From positions 1-64,000 of the IMG/VR virus record IMGVR_UViG_3300032308_001684: a stretch of 64,000 bases of DNA. One strand, given 5' to 3'. This document shows positions 41,891 to 49,173 of this stretch, one piece after another. The notes beneath the pieces are model-generated. The model had not been told where the DNA came from. It was given only the letters and a program-made list of their open reading frames with translations, and searched no databases. Source of the stretch: a virus. Every line of letters begins with the position of its first letter. Positions within the stretch are counted from its first letter, which is position 1. The position numbers and the translations under genes are program-made.

Positions 41891-42475
41891 TTACATTGTT
41901 GGCCCGTTACCGTTTTGAAAACCTACTACACCACCTTCTGCTTCAATGCGTTTGATTACGTCCTCAAACAGGATGGGTGCAAAATCAGTTTGTTCTACAC
42001 AAACACAGTGATAGCGTGGATCAATCATGTCAGGACGGTATGCCGGTGGCATGGCCTTCATCACACGATTGGCATGCAAGTGTCCGTGAATGTTGACACC
42101 AAAACGACCAAGACTTTCTGGGTGAATAGGAATATGACTCAAGATCATTCCATTCATTACATGATAAGCCCGAAGCTCACGAAAGTGTTCACGATATTCT
42201 TCATCACGAAAGATGTCGTGGTTACCGCGTATCAACACCTTGTCGCCGTTGAGCCTGCGCATGATACCCAAGGCCTTGCGGTTAATAACCACATCGCCCA
42301 AATGGTAAACTTTATCAGTGGGCCGGACTCGCTCGTTCCAGGCCTTGACCATGAACTCATCCATTTCATCTGCGTTGTCCCATGGACGCAATTTTGTAAC
42401 ACCATCGTTGCGTGTGAAGCGACATACACCTGCGTGACCAAAGTGCGTGTCGCTGACTAAAAATACGCTAGGCAT
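41891..42475 (-). CDS. Calcineurin-like metallophosphoesterase
   Basis: SDTHFGH, HLGD, GNHD, SHIP, HGHLH. Confidence 0.9.
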   Translation of the reverse strand: MPSVFLVSDTHFGHAGVCRFTRNDGVTKLRPWDNADEMDEFMVKAWNERVRPTDKVYHLGDVVINRKALGIMRRLNGDKVLIRGNHDIFRDEEYREHFRELRAYHVMNGMILSHIPIHPESLGRFGVNIHGHLHANRVMKAMPPAYRPDMIDPRYHCVCVEQTDFAPILFEDVIKRIEAEGGVVGFQNGNGPTM

Positions 42476-42667
42476 AATGTGCTCCTTTCATGTCGGTTAA
42501 TGAACTGCTTCTTTTACTTCGCATTCTACCACCCAGTTTTCAAACTGAGTAGCACCCGATACATCTACTCCCAACCCCACTGCTTCATGCACAAAATGTT
42601 TTAGCAGTGCATTATACAGCTCGTCGGGCATGGTATCTTTGCTAAATTGAATTTTCAATCTATACTC

Positions 42668-43021
42668 CTACTCTTGTTGTTTTAAATATTTTCTCTGAAA
42701 CTTTAAATGGTGCTTCATGGCCGCCGCACATGAAAACTGATCGTTCTTTTTAAACTTGACACCATTCAATGAAAATGGTTTTAACACACGATCTCCGTTC
42801 CACCAGCCTCGTTCGACCTGTATGTATCCATCACGCTCTAGTTGTTCGCGAAGCTGGGCAAACTCAGGGTGATCTTTGGTACCAACGCTGACCATGGAAC
42901 TGGGATTTTTAATCACTGAAATTAGTTCTTCTGCAGTGAGATCTGTGCGATCGTTGTAGCAAGGATATTCAGTCCGCACTACAACATCAGTAATATATGA
43001 TTCGTCTATGTAAAAGTCCAT
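42668..43021 (-). CDS. Hypothetical phage protein, probably a leaderless mRNA
   Basis: ATG lies 6 nt after the -10 hexamer of the promoter at 43028-43056. Confidence 0.65.
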   Translation of the reverse strand: MDFYIDESYITDVVVRTEYPCYNDRTDLTAEELISVIKNPSSMVSVGTKDHPEFAQLREQLERDGYIQVERGWWNGDRVLKPFSLNGVKFKKNDQFSCAAAMKHHLKFQRKYLKQQE

Positions 43022-43027
43022 GCAAGT

Positions 43028-43056
43028 ATTATACTGGCAAAGACATTTCTAGTCAA
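43028..43056 (-). promoter_or_regulatory. Sigma70 promoter TTGACT-N17-TATAAT
   Basis: Read directly. Confidence 0.8.
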
Positions 43057-43061
43057 CCGTT

Positions 43062-43229
43062 TTATCGGCCGCGTCCGGTGACTTTTTTAACAGGTTTTCC
43101 TGTGACCACAGGCACGGGTCGTTTGGTCTTTGATTTGCCATCTTCTTTGGCATCCGACTTGGTGTCAGGATGTGCCGCGGCATGTTTTTTCTCCAGCGCG
43201 GCCTTTAGAGTGTCTGTTAATTTGCTCAT
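43062..43229 (-). CDS. 55-aa Lys-rich protein MSKLTDTLKAALEKK...KVTGRGR
   Basis: Translated by hand; ATGA-coupled to the upstream gene. Confidence 0.6.
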   Translation of the reverse strand: MSKLTDTLKAALEKKHAAAHPDTKSDAKEDGKSKTKRPVPVVTGKPVKKVTGRGR

Positions 43230-43660
43230 GCCAGTATGTATTCGTAGTTCACAGTGCTGTCATTTTCTCTCAACACATGAGCACCATTTTTGATATGGAA
43301 GCGTCGAGCCATTTCAGTTTTTGGACTCAGTGTAACAAAGCGGGTGACAGTGGGAAACTGTCTGCGTATTTCATCCACAGTGGCAAACAACAGTTCACCA
43401 GCCGCGCCAGGCACATAGCTCCAAATGGTGTAGAATATGGCTGTGTTGGGTTCGGTGGAATCTTGAGATAAATCTTCCACAGTTTCAGGTACAAAATCAT
43501 GTAGGCTTACACACACCATGGCTCTAGGCTTTTCTTCTACCAGCGCCGAAACAAAACGCTGACCGCTTACACGGAACTCGCGTGAAATTTCAGGACGCAC
43601 AGGGTCGTCTTTGAGATAGTCTAGCAAGGGATCGGTGAGTTCGTGAATGAATGACAGCAT
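43226..43660 (-). CDS. GNAT-fold protein resembling the malonyl-CoA decarboxylase catalytic core
   Basis: 'TAIFYTIWSY..GA...L......FPTVTRFVTLSP'; start placed at MLSFIHEL. Confidence 0.55.
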   Translation of the reverse strand: MLSFIHELTDPLLDYLKDDPVRPEISREFRVSGQRFVSALVEEKPRAMVCVSLHDFVPETVEDLSQDSTEPNTAIFYTIWSYVPGAAGELLFATVDEIRRQFPTVTRFVTLSPKTEMARRFHIKNGAHVLRENDSTVNYEYILA

Positions 43661-43691
43661 AATATGTGTATATATCTCTTTTGTTGAAAAT

Positions 43692-43919
43692 CTATGATTT
43701 ACGAGATTTTTTATCAACGTATTGGCTCTTGTAGAGATAGTCGCGGCCAATATGACCTTGTTCAACTTCTCTAATGGCCTTGACCACGGTGGTGTCATCT
43801 GTTGTGATATGAGGAGCATAGCCGTTGGACAACTCACGAGCTCGACGACTAGCGATCAACACTAGATCATAACGATTACCTACTTGTTCTACTGCTTTTT
43901 CTGATGTGATTCTTGCCAT
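43692..43919 (-). CDS. rpoZ: RNA polymerase omega subunit
   Basis: MARIT.E.AVEQVGNRYDLVLIASRRAREL...VKAIREVE.G; AAGGAG RBS. Confidence 0.92.
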   Translation of the reverse strand: MARITSEKAVEQVGNRYDLVLIASRRARELSNGYAPHITTDDTTVVKAIREVEQGHIGRDYLYKSQYVDKKSRKS

Positions 43920-43942
43920 GCTATTCTCCTTGGTTATTAAAA

Positions 43943-44174
43943 TGCTCTGCGACCCTCGGCGGTATAAAAATTAGCGACCTGGTTGGATTTTGTATCTACC
44001 TTCCACCCATCGGCTTCCGGTCCCTCAGTAGGTCAATCAAAGGCTAAAATTTACCCGCTTCCCGACGGGGCCCGTTCTCGCATTGCCAGCGGCCTTTCGG
44101 TTGGAAGACTACCACCCGTGGTTGCTACACCACTTCTTGTCATCTGGGTCAGACTAGCTGTTGCTACACAGCAC
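43943..44174 (-). ncRNA. Candidate ~230-nt structured RNA directly upstream of rpoZ
   Basis: Two hairpins with identical GTAGCA loops, a GAAA tetraloop and long-range closing pairs. Confidence 0.55.
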
Positions 44175-44180
44175 GTAAAG

Positions 44181-44291
44181 TAGCTCAGGCGGCGCTTGAA
44201 TCCACGGTAGCCCTACTCTTCATGGCCGGTCCTTGTACATGGTCGACATTGACAAGTATTTCGGTGTTCCACTGTAGCTACTACCTGAGCA
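44181..44291 (-). ncRNA. Candidate ~110-nt RNA after tRNA-Gly
   Basis: Closing stem GCTCAGGT..GCCTGAGC, inner GTAGCT..GGCTAC. Confidence 0.4.
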
Positions 44292-44295
44292 AACT

Positions 44296-44369
44296 TGGAG
44301 CAGGGTAAGAGAATCGAACTCTCCGCATCAGCTTGGAAGGCTGAGGTATTACCACTATACGAACCCTGC
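44296..44369 (-). tRNA. tRNA-Gly(TCC)
   Basis: Cloverleaf, CCA. Confidence 0.93.
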
Positions 44370-44375
44370 ACTGCT

Positions 44376-44449
44376 TGGTTGCGGAGGAGGGAATCGAACC
44401 CCCAACACCAGCTTATGAGACTGGTAAGATACCGTTTCTATACTCCGCG
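44376..44449 (-). tRNA. tRNA(CAT), initiator-like (C1:A72 mismatch)
   Basis: CGCGGAG...CTCCGCA-ACCA; lacks the three consecutive G:C anticodon-stem pairs. Confidence 0.85.
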
Positions 44450-44694
44450 ATATTAGTTCCGCTTACGATTATGCGGAGTCTGTGTTGATGCTCAGTGACC
44501 TGCGATGCAGAGGACCAGCTGTTCAGGCCAATCATACAGAGCACAGAGTGTAGCCCAGACCGATTTGGGTTGCGAGAGGCTAGAAAACTACCGTATACTC
44601 GGATCGATCTAGCGTCGCTAAACATAGCAGTGAGTGGCCCGGGCTTGTGTAGCGCCTGGAATATAGTATGCATCACTGTGTGTCTATGTTGAAA

Positions 44695-44892
44695 TAGTAA
44701 ATGGCACCATCACGTGTTTAAGGTCCAGACATTTTGTCCAGGGTTCCAGCCTGGTGCCCAGTCCCCCTTGGCATGCTGATCTCGTAGCCAACGAGTACGT
44801 CTCAAATTGAGTTGCAGGAGCCCAGGGTGGTGATCTCCCCTGATGGTTGGGATATTGCTGGCGAAGCATTCTTTCGCTCACACCATTTACCA
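44695..44892 (-). ncRNA. Candidate ~195-nt structured RNA
   Basis: 12-bp terminal stem TGGTAAATGGTG/TGCCATTTACTA, with G:U pairs on the minus strand. Confidence 0.4.
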
Positions 44893-45042
44893 TATGTAAG
44901 TGCTGAGAAATACCAATTTAGGCGTCCGGCGCTAACCGTGCCACAGCCGAGGTCTGTTGTGTCAGGACCCGTCCCCGGCCGGGAGGGCCCGAATAGTGTA
45001 CACGTCTGCACACGATACCAGTATCAGCACTTACATATGGTA
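44888..45042 (-). ncRNA. Candidate ~150-nt RNA closed by a perfect 19-bp inverted repeat
   Basis: TACCATATGTAAGTGCTGA (44888-44906) / TCAGCACTTACATATGGTA (45024-45042); GC-rich interior. Confidence 0.5.
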
Positions 45043-45112
45043 CACGGTAGGGGAATCGAACCCCTCTTCCTGCCGTGAAAGGGCAGTGTCCTAACCGATA
45101 GACGAACCGTGC
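45038..45112 (-). tRNA. tRNA-Glu(TTC)
   Basis: Cloverleaf, CCA. Confidence 0.93.
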
Positions 45113-45146
45113 ATCGAATCAATAGATTGTTAATGAGCAAGTATGT

Positions 45147-45175
45147 ATTATAATATATTTTGAGTTGCGTGTCAA
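45147..45175 (-). promoter_or_regulatory. Perfect sigma70 promoter TTGACA-N17-TATAAT for the tRNA-Glu/ncRNA/rpoZ unit
   Basis: Exact consensus. Confidence 0.9.
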
Positions 45176-45190
45176 CCTGTAAATAGATTC

Positions 45191-46090
45191 ATGCACAAAC
45201 TTTTTATAGCTACCTATTCTGGAGATCTTGCCCAGTTTGAACTGTGTTGCCATTGCATTAACAAAAACTGGAAAGGCAATCGATTCATCACAATATCCTG
45301 GGGACAACCAAATCCCTTGCAACAGGGTCAGATTTTTAATATAGAATCACTCACTAGTCTGGTAACAGACATTTTTGACAGCGACTGGCAGATAGAAATA
45401 GTAGATGGCGCTGTGCCAGGAATGTCAGGCTACTGTGAACAACAGGTCAACAAAGTTAGATTTTCTATTGATCCTAGGTTTCAAGATACCATAGTGTTTG
45501 ACTGTAAAGATTTTTTACTCAAACCTACGGGCATTGATTTTTTCAAACCCAACGGTGTTTATCGTGTGGCATATTTTAAAAATGGCAACACATTTAAAGA
45601 ACAATACATATCTGCATTGGACATCATTGATCAGGTACCCAACAATGTTCCTACACCTTTTAACACTACTCCTTGGATATGGGCCGGCGGAGAGCTTGAA
45701 AAGTTTTGGTCTTACATGCAATCAAGATTTGGCCCATATCAATCCTGGAGAACTTTTCCTGGTGCAACAGAATGGTCAAACTTTTATATCTTCAACTACT
45801 GCGACCCAGAGTCAATGATGCCCATGACTAGTGCCGAATACGAGTTTGTTAACTTTTGTGGTGTATGGCAAACTCTCAGCCTTGAAGATATACAGCAACA
45901 AATCGTTGATTTTGATGTCTGGGATTCTATGCGCATATGGAAACATACCAGAAAAGATTCTACTCTCCAAAAGGTCGAGCTCACAGAGCAGGTACTTAAA
46001 AAATATGGAATAGAACAATCAGTGATTGATCAATGGAAACAACAACATCTTGCTGAAATCTTGCAGTCTGATTATTCTAAAGAATTTTGA
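45191..46090 (+). CDS. Glycosyltransferase-like hypothetical protein inserted antisense in the tRNA region
   Basis: 'GYCEQQVNK...IVFDCKDFL' GT-A-like; TAAATA just upstream. Confidence 0.55.
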   Translation: MHKLFIATYSGDLAQFELCCHCINKNWKGNRFITISWGQPNPLQQGQIFNIESLTSLVTDIFDSDWQIEIVDGAVPGMSGYCEQQVNKVRFSIDPRFQDTIVFDCKDFLLKPTGIDFFKPNGVYRVAYFKNGNTFKEQYISALDIIDQVPNNVPTPFNTTPWIWAGGELEKFWSYMQSRFGPYQSWRTFPGATEWSNFYIFNYCDPESMMPMTSAEYEFVNFCGVWQTLSLEDIQQQIVDFDVWDSMRIWKHTRKDSTLQKVELTEQVLKKYGIEQSVIDQWKQQHLAEILQSDYSKEF

Positions 46091-46430
46091 CCGGGTATTC
46101 TGTTACGAGGAACCCGGCAAACCCTAGGTTACCTTAGATCAGGCAGCCAATGCGTAAACTTCATCGTTTGCGTTTACTTTGATTTGCTTCTACGACCAGG
46201 TTACCCCAATCCTACGGGTTCTGCTTTCCCGTGTTGCCGTCTTTTCTAGCTCGCCATGTCGAAACCGGTCGAGCCCATCATAAAAAGACATGTATGCAAA
46301 CAAACGCAATCAACAGTATGACTACTATAGTGTACGATGTGTTAACCATATATCTCCTTATGGTGGACCCGGGGAGAATCGAACTCCCGTCCACAGCGCC
46401 TTCAAATTGAAGGATATACAACAATTCTTT
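46091..46430 (-). ncRNA. ssrA: Circularly permuted (two-piece) tmRNA, tag ANDEVYALAA
   Basis: Acceptor piece ends GGGAGTTCGATTCTCCC-CGGGTCC-ACCA (46361); coding piece starts GGGCTCGACCGGTTTCGAC (46276) giving G3:U70; tag ORF at 46139-46171; outer ends approximate. Confidence 0.92.
46278..46349 (-). CDS. 23-aa hydrophobic peptide MVNTSYTIVVILLIAFVCIHVFL inside the tmRNA intervening segment
   Basis: TAAGGAG RBS directly after the CCA; ORF fills the intervening segment. Confidence 0.5.
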   Translation of the reverse strand: MVNTSYTIVVILLIAFVCIHVFL

Positions 46431-46551
46431 CACGAGACTATCAGGACTTGAAGGCCCTCGCGTGGCCTAGGGACTCACACCCTATCAACATTCCAGCAGA
46501 TAAATCAGCGCCACTGGGTGTATACTCCTGCTAGTTGTTTACTTATCATCA

Positions 46552-46625
46552 TGGTGGAGGATGAGAGAATCGAACTCTCAATCTCGGCTTGCAAAGCCGA
46601 TGTTATCCCATTTAACTAATCCCCC
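46552..46625 (-). tRNA. tRNA-Ala(TGC)
   Basis: Cloverleaf, G3:U70, CCA. Confidence 0.93.
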
Positions 46626-46641
46626 AAAGAAAAAACCTGAG

Positions 46642-46854
46642 TCATCCCCAGGTTTCTTCGTACTTCTTCATGGCCAGTTGCCTGGCCAACCACAACCTAA
46701 ACTTTACATAATCACTGAGTTCAACGTCAACTGAATTATGTATTACTTCGGGTCTACGGTATCCTACATGTAGGTAATCATCTCCTTCATATACATACTC
46801 GCAATCATCGATTGTAAGTACAATGATGTGAGCAGGATTACTTTTTAGGAGCGT
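46642..46854 (-). CDS. 70-codon reading frame with no N-terminal ATG/GTG/TTG (possible ACG start)
   Basis: (T/M)LLKSNPAHIIVLTIDDCEYVYEGDDYLHVGYRRPEV...LARQLAMKKYEETWG; followed by a terminator-like hairpin. Confidence 0.4.
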   Translation of the reverse strand, partial: TLLKSNPAHIIVLTIDDCEYVYEGDDYLHVGYRRPEVIHNSVDVELSDYVKFRLWLARQLAMKKYEETWG

Positions 46855-47029
46855 CGGCTTTTTTGTCGTCTTTCTTAGCGTCGCTTTTGGTAGCGTCAGC
46901 GGCCTTCTTTTCAGCAGGCTTAGCAGGTGCTGCCGCGGCTGGCTTGGCTTCTTCTTTCTTGGCAGCAGGTGCCTGTGCGAAAGCGGATACAGCGAACAAT
47001 GATGCGATTAGTGTAGCTACGAGTTTCAT
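46838..47029 (-). CDS. Small secreted Ala/Lys/Pro-rich protein
   Basis: Signal peptide ending AFA-Q, low-complexity tail, AAGGAG RBS. Confidence 0.8.
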   Translation of the reverse strand: MKLVATLIASLFAVSAFAQAPAAKKEEAKPAAAAPAKPAEKKAADATKSDAKKDDKKADAPKK

Positions 47030-47126
47030 AAAAGTCTCCTTTTGGTTATGAAATGTAGAGAATCAACCTCTACACTATAATAACGCCTGTGTTGACATCT
47101 ACGTTGACACATTTGGCAAATATTTT

Positions 47127-47201
47127 TGGTACCCAAGGGTGGGAACGATCCACCGACCCTCGCCTTATCAAGACGATGCTCTACCACTGAGCTACTTGGG
47201 C
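47127..47201 (-). tRNA. tRNA-Ile(GAT)
   Basis: Cloverleaf with variant T-loop (GATCGTT), CCA. Confidence 0.88.
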
Positions 47202-47207
47202 ATGTCA

Positions 47208-47284
47208 TGGCCGGCCCTGAGAGATTTGAACTCCCAACTTCCAGTTTCGAAGACTGGCACTCTATCCAATTGAGTTAAGGACCG
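47208..47284 (-). tRNA. tRNA-Arg(TCG)
   Basis: Cloverleaf, CCA. Confidence 0.9.
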
Positions 47285-47289
47285 ATGAT

Positions 47290-47364
47290 TGGTCCGGCCT
47301 GCAGGAATCGAACCCACATTCACGGTGTAGAAGACCGCTGTATTATCCATTATACTAAGGCCGG
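47290..47364 (-). tRNA. tRNA-Arg(TCT)
   Basis: Cloverleaf, CCA. Confidence 0.9.
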
Positions 47365-47369
47365 ATATT

Positions 47370-47444
47370 TGGTGGTAATGGTAAGAGTCGAACTTACACT
47401 GAACACCGTATGAAGGTGGAGCACTACCATTATGCTACATTACC
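47370..47444 (-). tRNA. tRNA(CAT), probably elongator Met
   Basis: Cloverleaf, CCA; Met versus Ile2 not certain. Confidence 0.8.
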
Positions 47445-48171
47445 AAAAAATATGTTCGCGGATGTATTGAGCGTAGGCCACATGAGCCGGACGTAGAAAA
47501 TGTCCCCCGGGTGCTCTAGCAAAATTACGATCCATAGCAAAATTACAAAAATCTACATTGCCCACAGGCCTGAATATGTTGTCGTTCCAGTTAAAATCTA
47601 TCACTGCTTGGAAACTGTCTATGTTGATAACCGATATCGATCGATCCAGGGCTAATTTGTTCAAGGCCAGGATGTTTTTTATTTTGTTGATACGTCCGCG
47701 GTGATCGTGTCCTTCAAACATGATCCATTCACGTCCGTATCTCTCATAACGTTCGCGATTCTTTATTAGTGGGCCTATGTTGATGCCTTGCTGTAAAACA
47801 GGATTTCCCACACGAGCATGACTGATTCCATCGCCGTAATTGATGGGTATCCAGTATTGATGTTCTTCGTGCCATACTTCGCCACGATCACAACCAGTCC
47901 AGCAGGCTATCACGATGTCTTGATCTGTAAGACCGTCAATCTGTTCCAACAACACACGGAACATAGCATCGTTGCTACCGCCCGATATAGCATGATTTAT
48001 AGACTCGTAGCCCAGTGCATCGGCCAGTAATACAGGATAACTGTTTTTGGCGCCATATTCAACCTGCATGACAGGATGCTGGATATTGTTACTGGGTTCA
48101 GACCATATCTCAGCACCTGTGGCATGACTGCATCCTAGTATAATCGCTTTGTTCATCATGATACTTACCAA
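47440..48171 (-). CDS. SGNH hydrolase-like protein inside the tRNA array
   Basis: GCSH..G, GGSN, GGHF; exact start uncertain. Confidence 0.65.
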   Translation of the reverse strand: MVSIMMNKAIILGCSHATGAEIWSEPSNNIQHPVMQVEYGAKNSYPVLLADALGYESINHAISGGSNDAMFRVLLEQIDGLTDQDIVIACWTGCDRGEVWHEEHQYWIPINYGDGISHARVGNPVLQQGINIGPLIKNRERYERYGREWIMFEGHDHRGRINKIKNILALNKLALDRSISVINIDSFQAVIDFNWNDNIFRPVGNVDFCNFAMDRNFARAPGGHFLRPAHVAYAQYIREHIFW

Positions 48172-48247
48172 TGGTAGGACGTGCGGGATTCGAACCCACC
48201 ACCAATAGATTAAAAGTCTACTGCTCTACCCAATGAGCTAACGTCCC
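48172..48247 (-). tRNA. tRNA-Lys(TTT)
   Basis: Cloverleaf, CCA. Confidence 0.93.
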
Positions 48248-48253
48248 GATGTC

Positions 48254-48327
48254 TGGCAGAGGGTATAGGAATCGAACCTATAATAACGGAATCAAAATCC
48301 GTGGTTATACCATTTAACTAACCCCCA
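48254..48327 (-). tRNA. tRNA-Gln(TTG)
   Basis: Cloverleaf, CCA. Confidence 0.9.
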
Positions 48328-48335
48328 ACTGTGAT

Positions 48336-48411
48336 TGGTGCCGTCCCCTGGGATCGAACCAGGTTCCTCGGTGCTTCAAACCGGTGCTATGACCACATCA
48401 GCTAAAACGGC
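48336..48411 (-). tRNA. tRNA-Phe(GAA)
   Basis: Cloverleaf, CCA. Confidence 0.9.
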
Positions 48412-48413
48412 AT

Positions 48414-48487
48414 TGGTACCTCGTGACAGAATCGAACTGCCGCAACCGCCGTGTAAAAGCGGAGTTCTACCATTAAACTAACGAGGC
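48414..48487 (-). tRNA. tRNA-Val(TAC)
   Basis: Cloverleaf, CCA. Confidence 0.9.
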
Positions 48488-48560
48488 AAAAAAGAAAACC
48501 CAGACGCAGTTTGCCGACATCAACGAGAGATCTATAACCGGAGGTCTGGGCCATAATACT

Positions 48561-48635
48561 TGGAGCAGGTAGTCGGGGTCGAACCGACGGCATTCTCGTT
48601 GGCAACGAGACATTCTACCACTGAATTATACCTGC
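48561..48635 (-). tRNA. tRNA-Gly(GCC)
   Basis: Cloverleaf, CCA. Confidence 0.92.
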
Positions 48636-48638
48636 ATA

Positions 48639-48720
48639 TGGTACCCCTGCCCGGATTCGAACCGGGAAACATAGTCACTCCTTTTGAGAGAGCCGCCTTT
48701 TCCAATTTGGCCACAGGGGC
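48639..48720 (-). tRNA. tRNA-Leu(CAA)
   Basis: Cloverleaf with variable arm, CCA. Confidence 0.88.
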
Positions 48721-48728
48721 AATAAACT

Positions 48729-48805
48729 TGGTCGGAGTACAAGGATTCGAACCTTGGACCCCCTGGTCCCAAACCAGGTGCGCTACCAGGCTGCGCCACA
48801 CTCCG
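48729..48805 (-). tRNA. tRNA-Pro(TGG)
   Basis: Cloverleaf, CCA. Confidence 0.95.
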
Positions 48806-48811
48806 AATAAC

Positions 48812-48897
48812 TGGTACGACTGGCCGGACTCGAACCGGCACGCCATTAAAGACGACAGATTTTAAGTCTGTTGCGGCTACCATTACGCCACAGTCGC
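48812..48897 (-). tRNA. tRNA-Leu(TAA)
   Basis: Cloverleaf with variable arm, CCA. Confidence 0.92.
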
Positions 48898-48904
48898 AAA
48901 CATT

Positions 48905-48987
48905 TGGTGCCCCAGGTCGGACTCGAACCGACACGCACTAGGCACTGGCTTCTAAGACCAGCGTGGCTACCATTACACCACCGGGGC
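48905..48987 (-). tRNA. tRNA-Leu(TAG)
   Basis: Cloverleaf with variable arm, CCA. Confidence 0.92.
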
Positions 48988-48996
48988 AAAATTACA

Positions 48997-49072
48997 TGGG
49001 GAGAAGTATGGGAATCGAACCCATGCTAACGGAATCACAATCCGTGGTGCTGACCGCTACACTAACGACTCC
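48997..49072 (-). tRNA. tRNA-His(GTG)
   Basis: Cloverleaf, G-1:C73, CCA. Confidence 0.88.
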
Positions 49073-49078
49073 ATTGAT

Positions 49079-49168
49079 TGGCGGAGAGACTGGGACTTGA
49101 ACCCAGAAAGCGGCTTTCACCACTCGACGGATTAGCAATCCGCTCCAATACCATTATGGGACCTCTCC
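49079..49168 (-). tRNA. tRNA-Ser(GCT)
   Basis: Long variable arm, CCA. Confidence 0.92.
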
Positions 49169-49173
49169 ATGTT

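Noticed and set aside
44413-44676. 87-aa ORF as a second leader-peptide attenuator
   Set aside because: It runs into the tRNA, with no promoter directly upstream and no terminator/antiterminator pair found.
43943-45042. RNase P RNA, GOLLD or ROOL identity for the ncRNA blocks
   Set aside because: No GAGGAAAGUCC or AACAGAA..CGGCUUA RNase P motifs seen; the blocks are short and separated by tRNAs. Left unassigned pending an Rfam search.
47070-47110. GTCAAC repeat and GTCAAC-N17-CGTT as an ECF-sigma promoter for the secreted peptide gene
   Set aside because: Plausible, but a single short instance is too weak to call.
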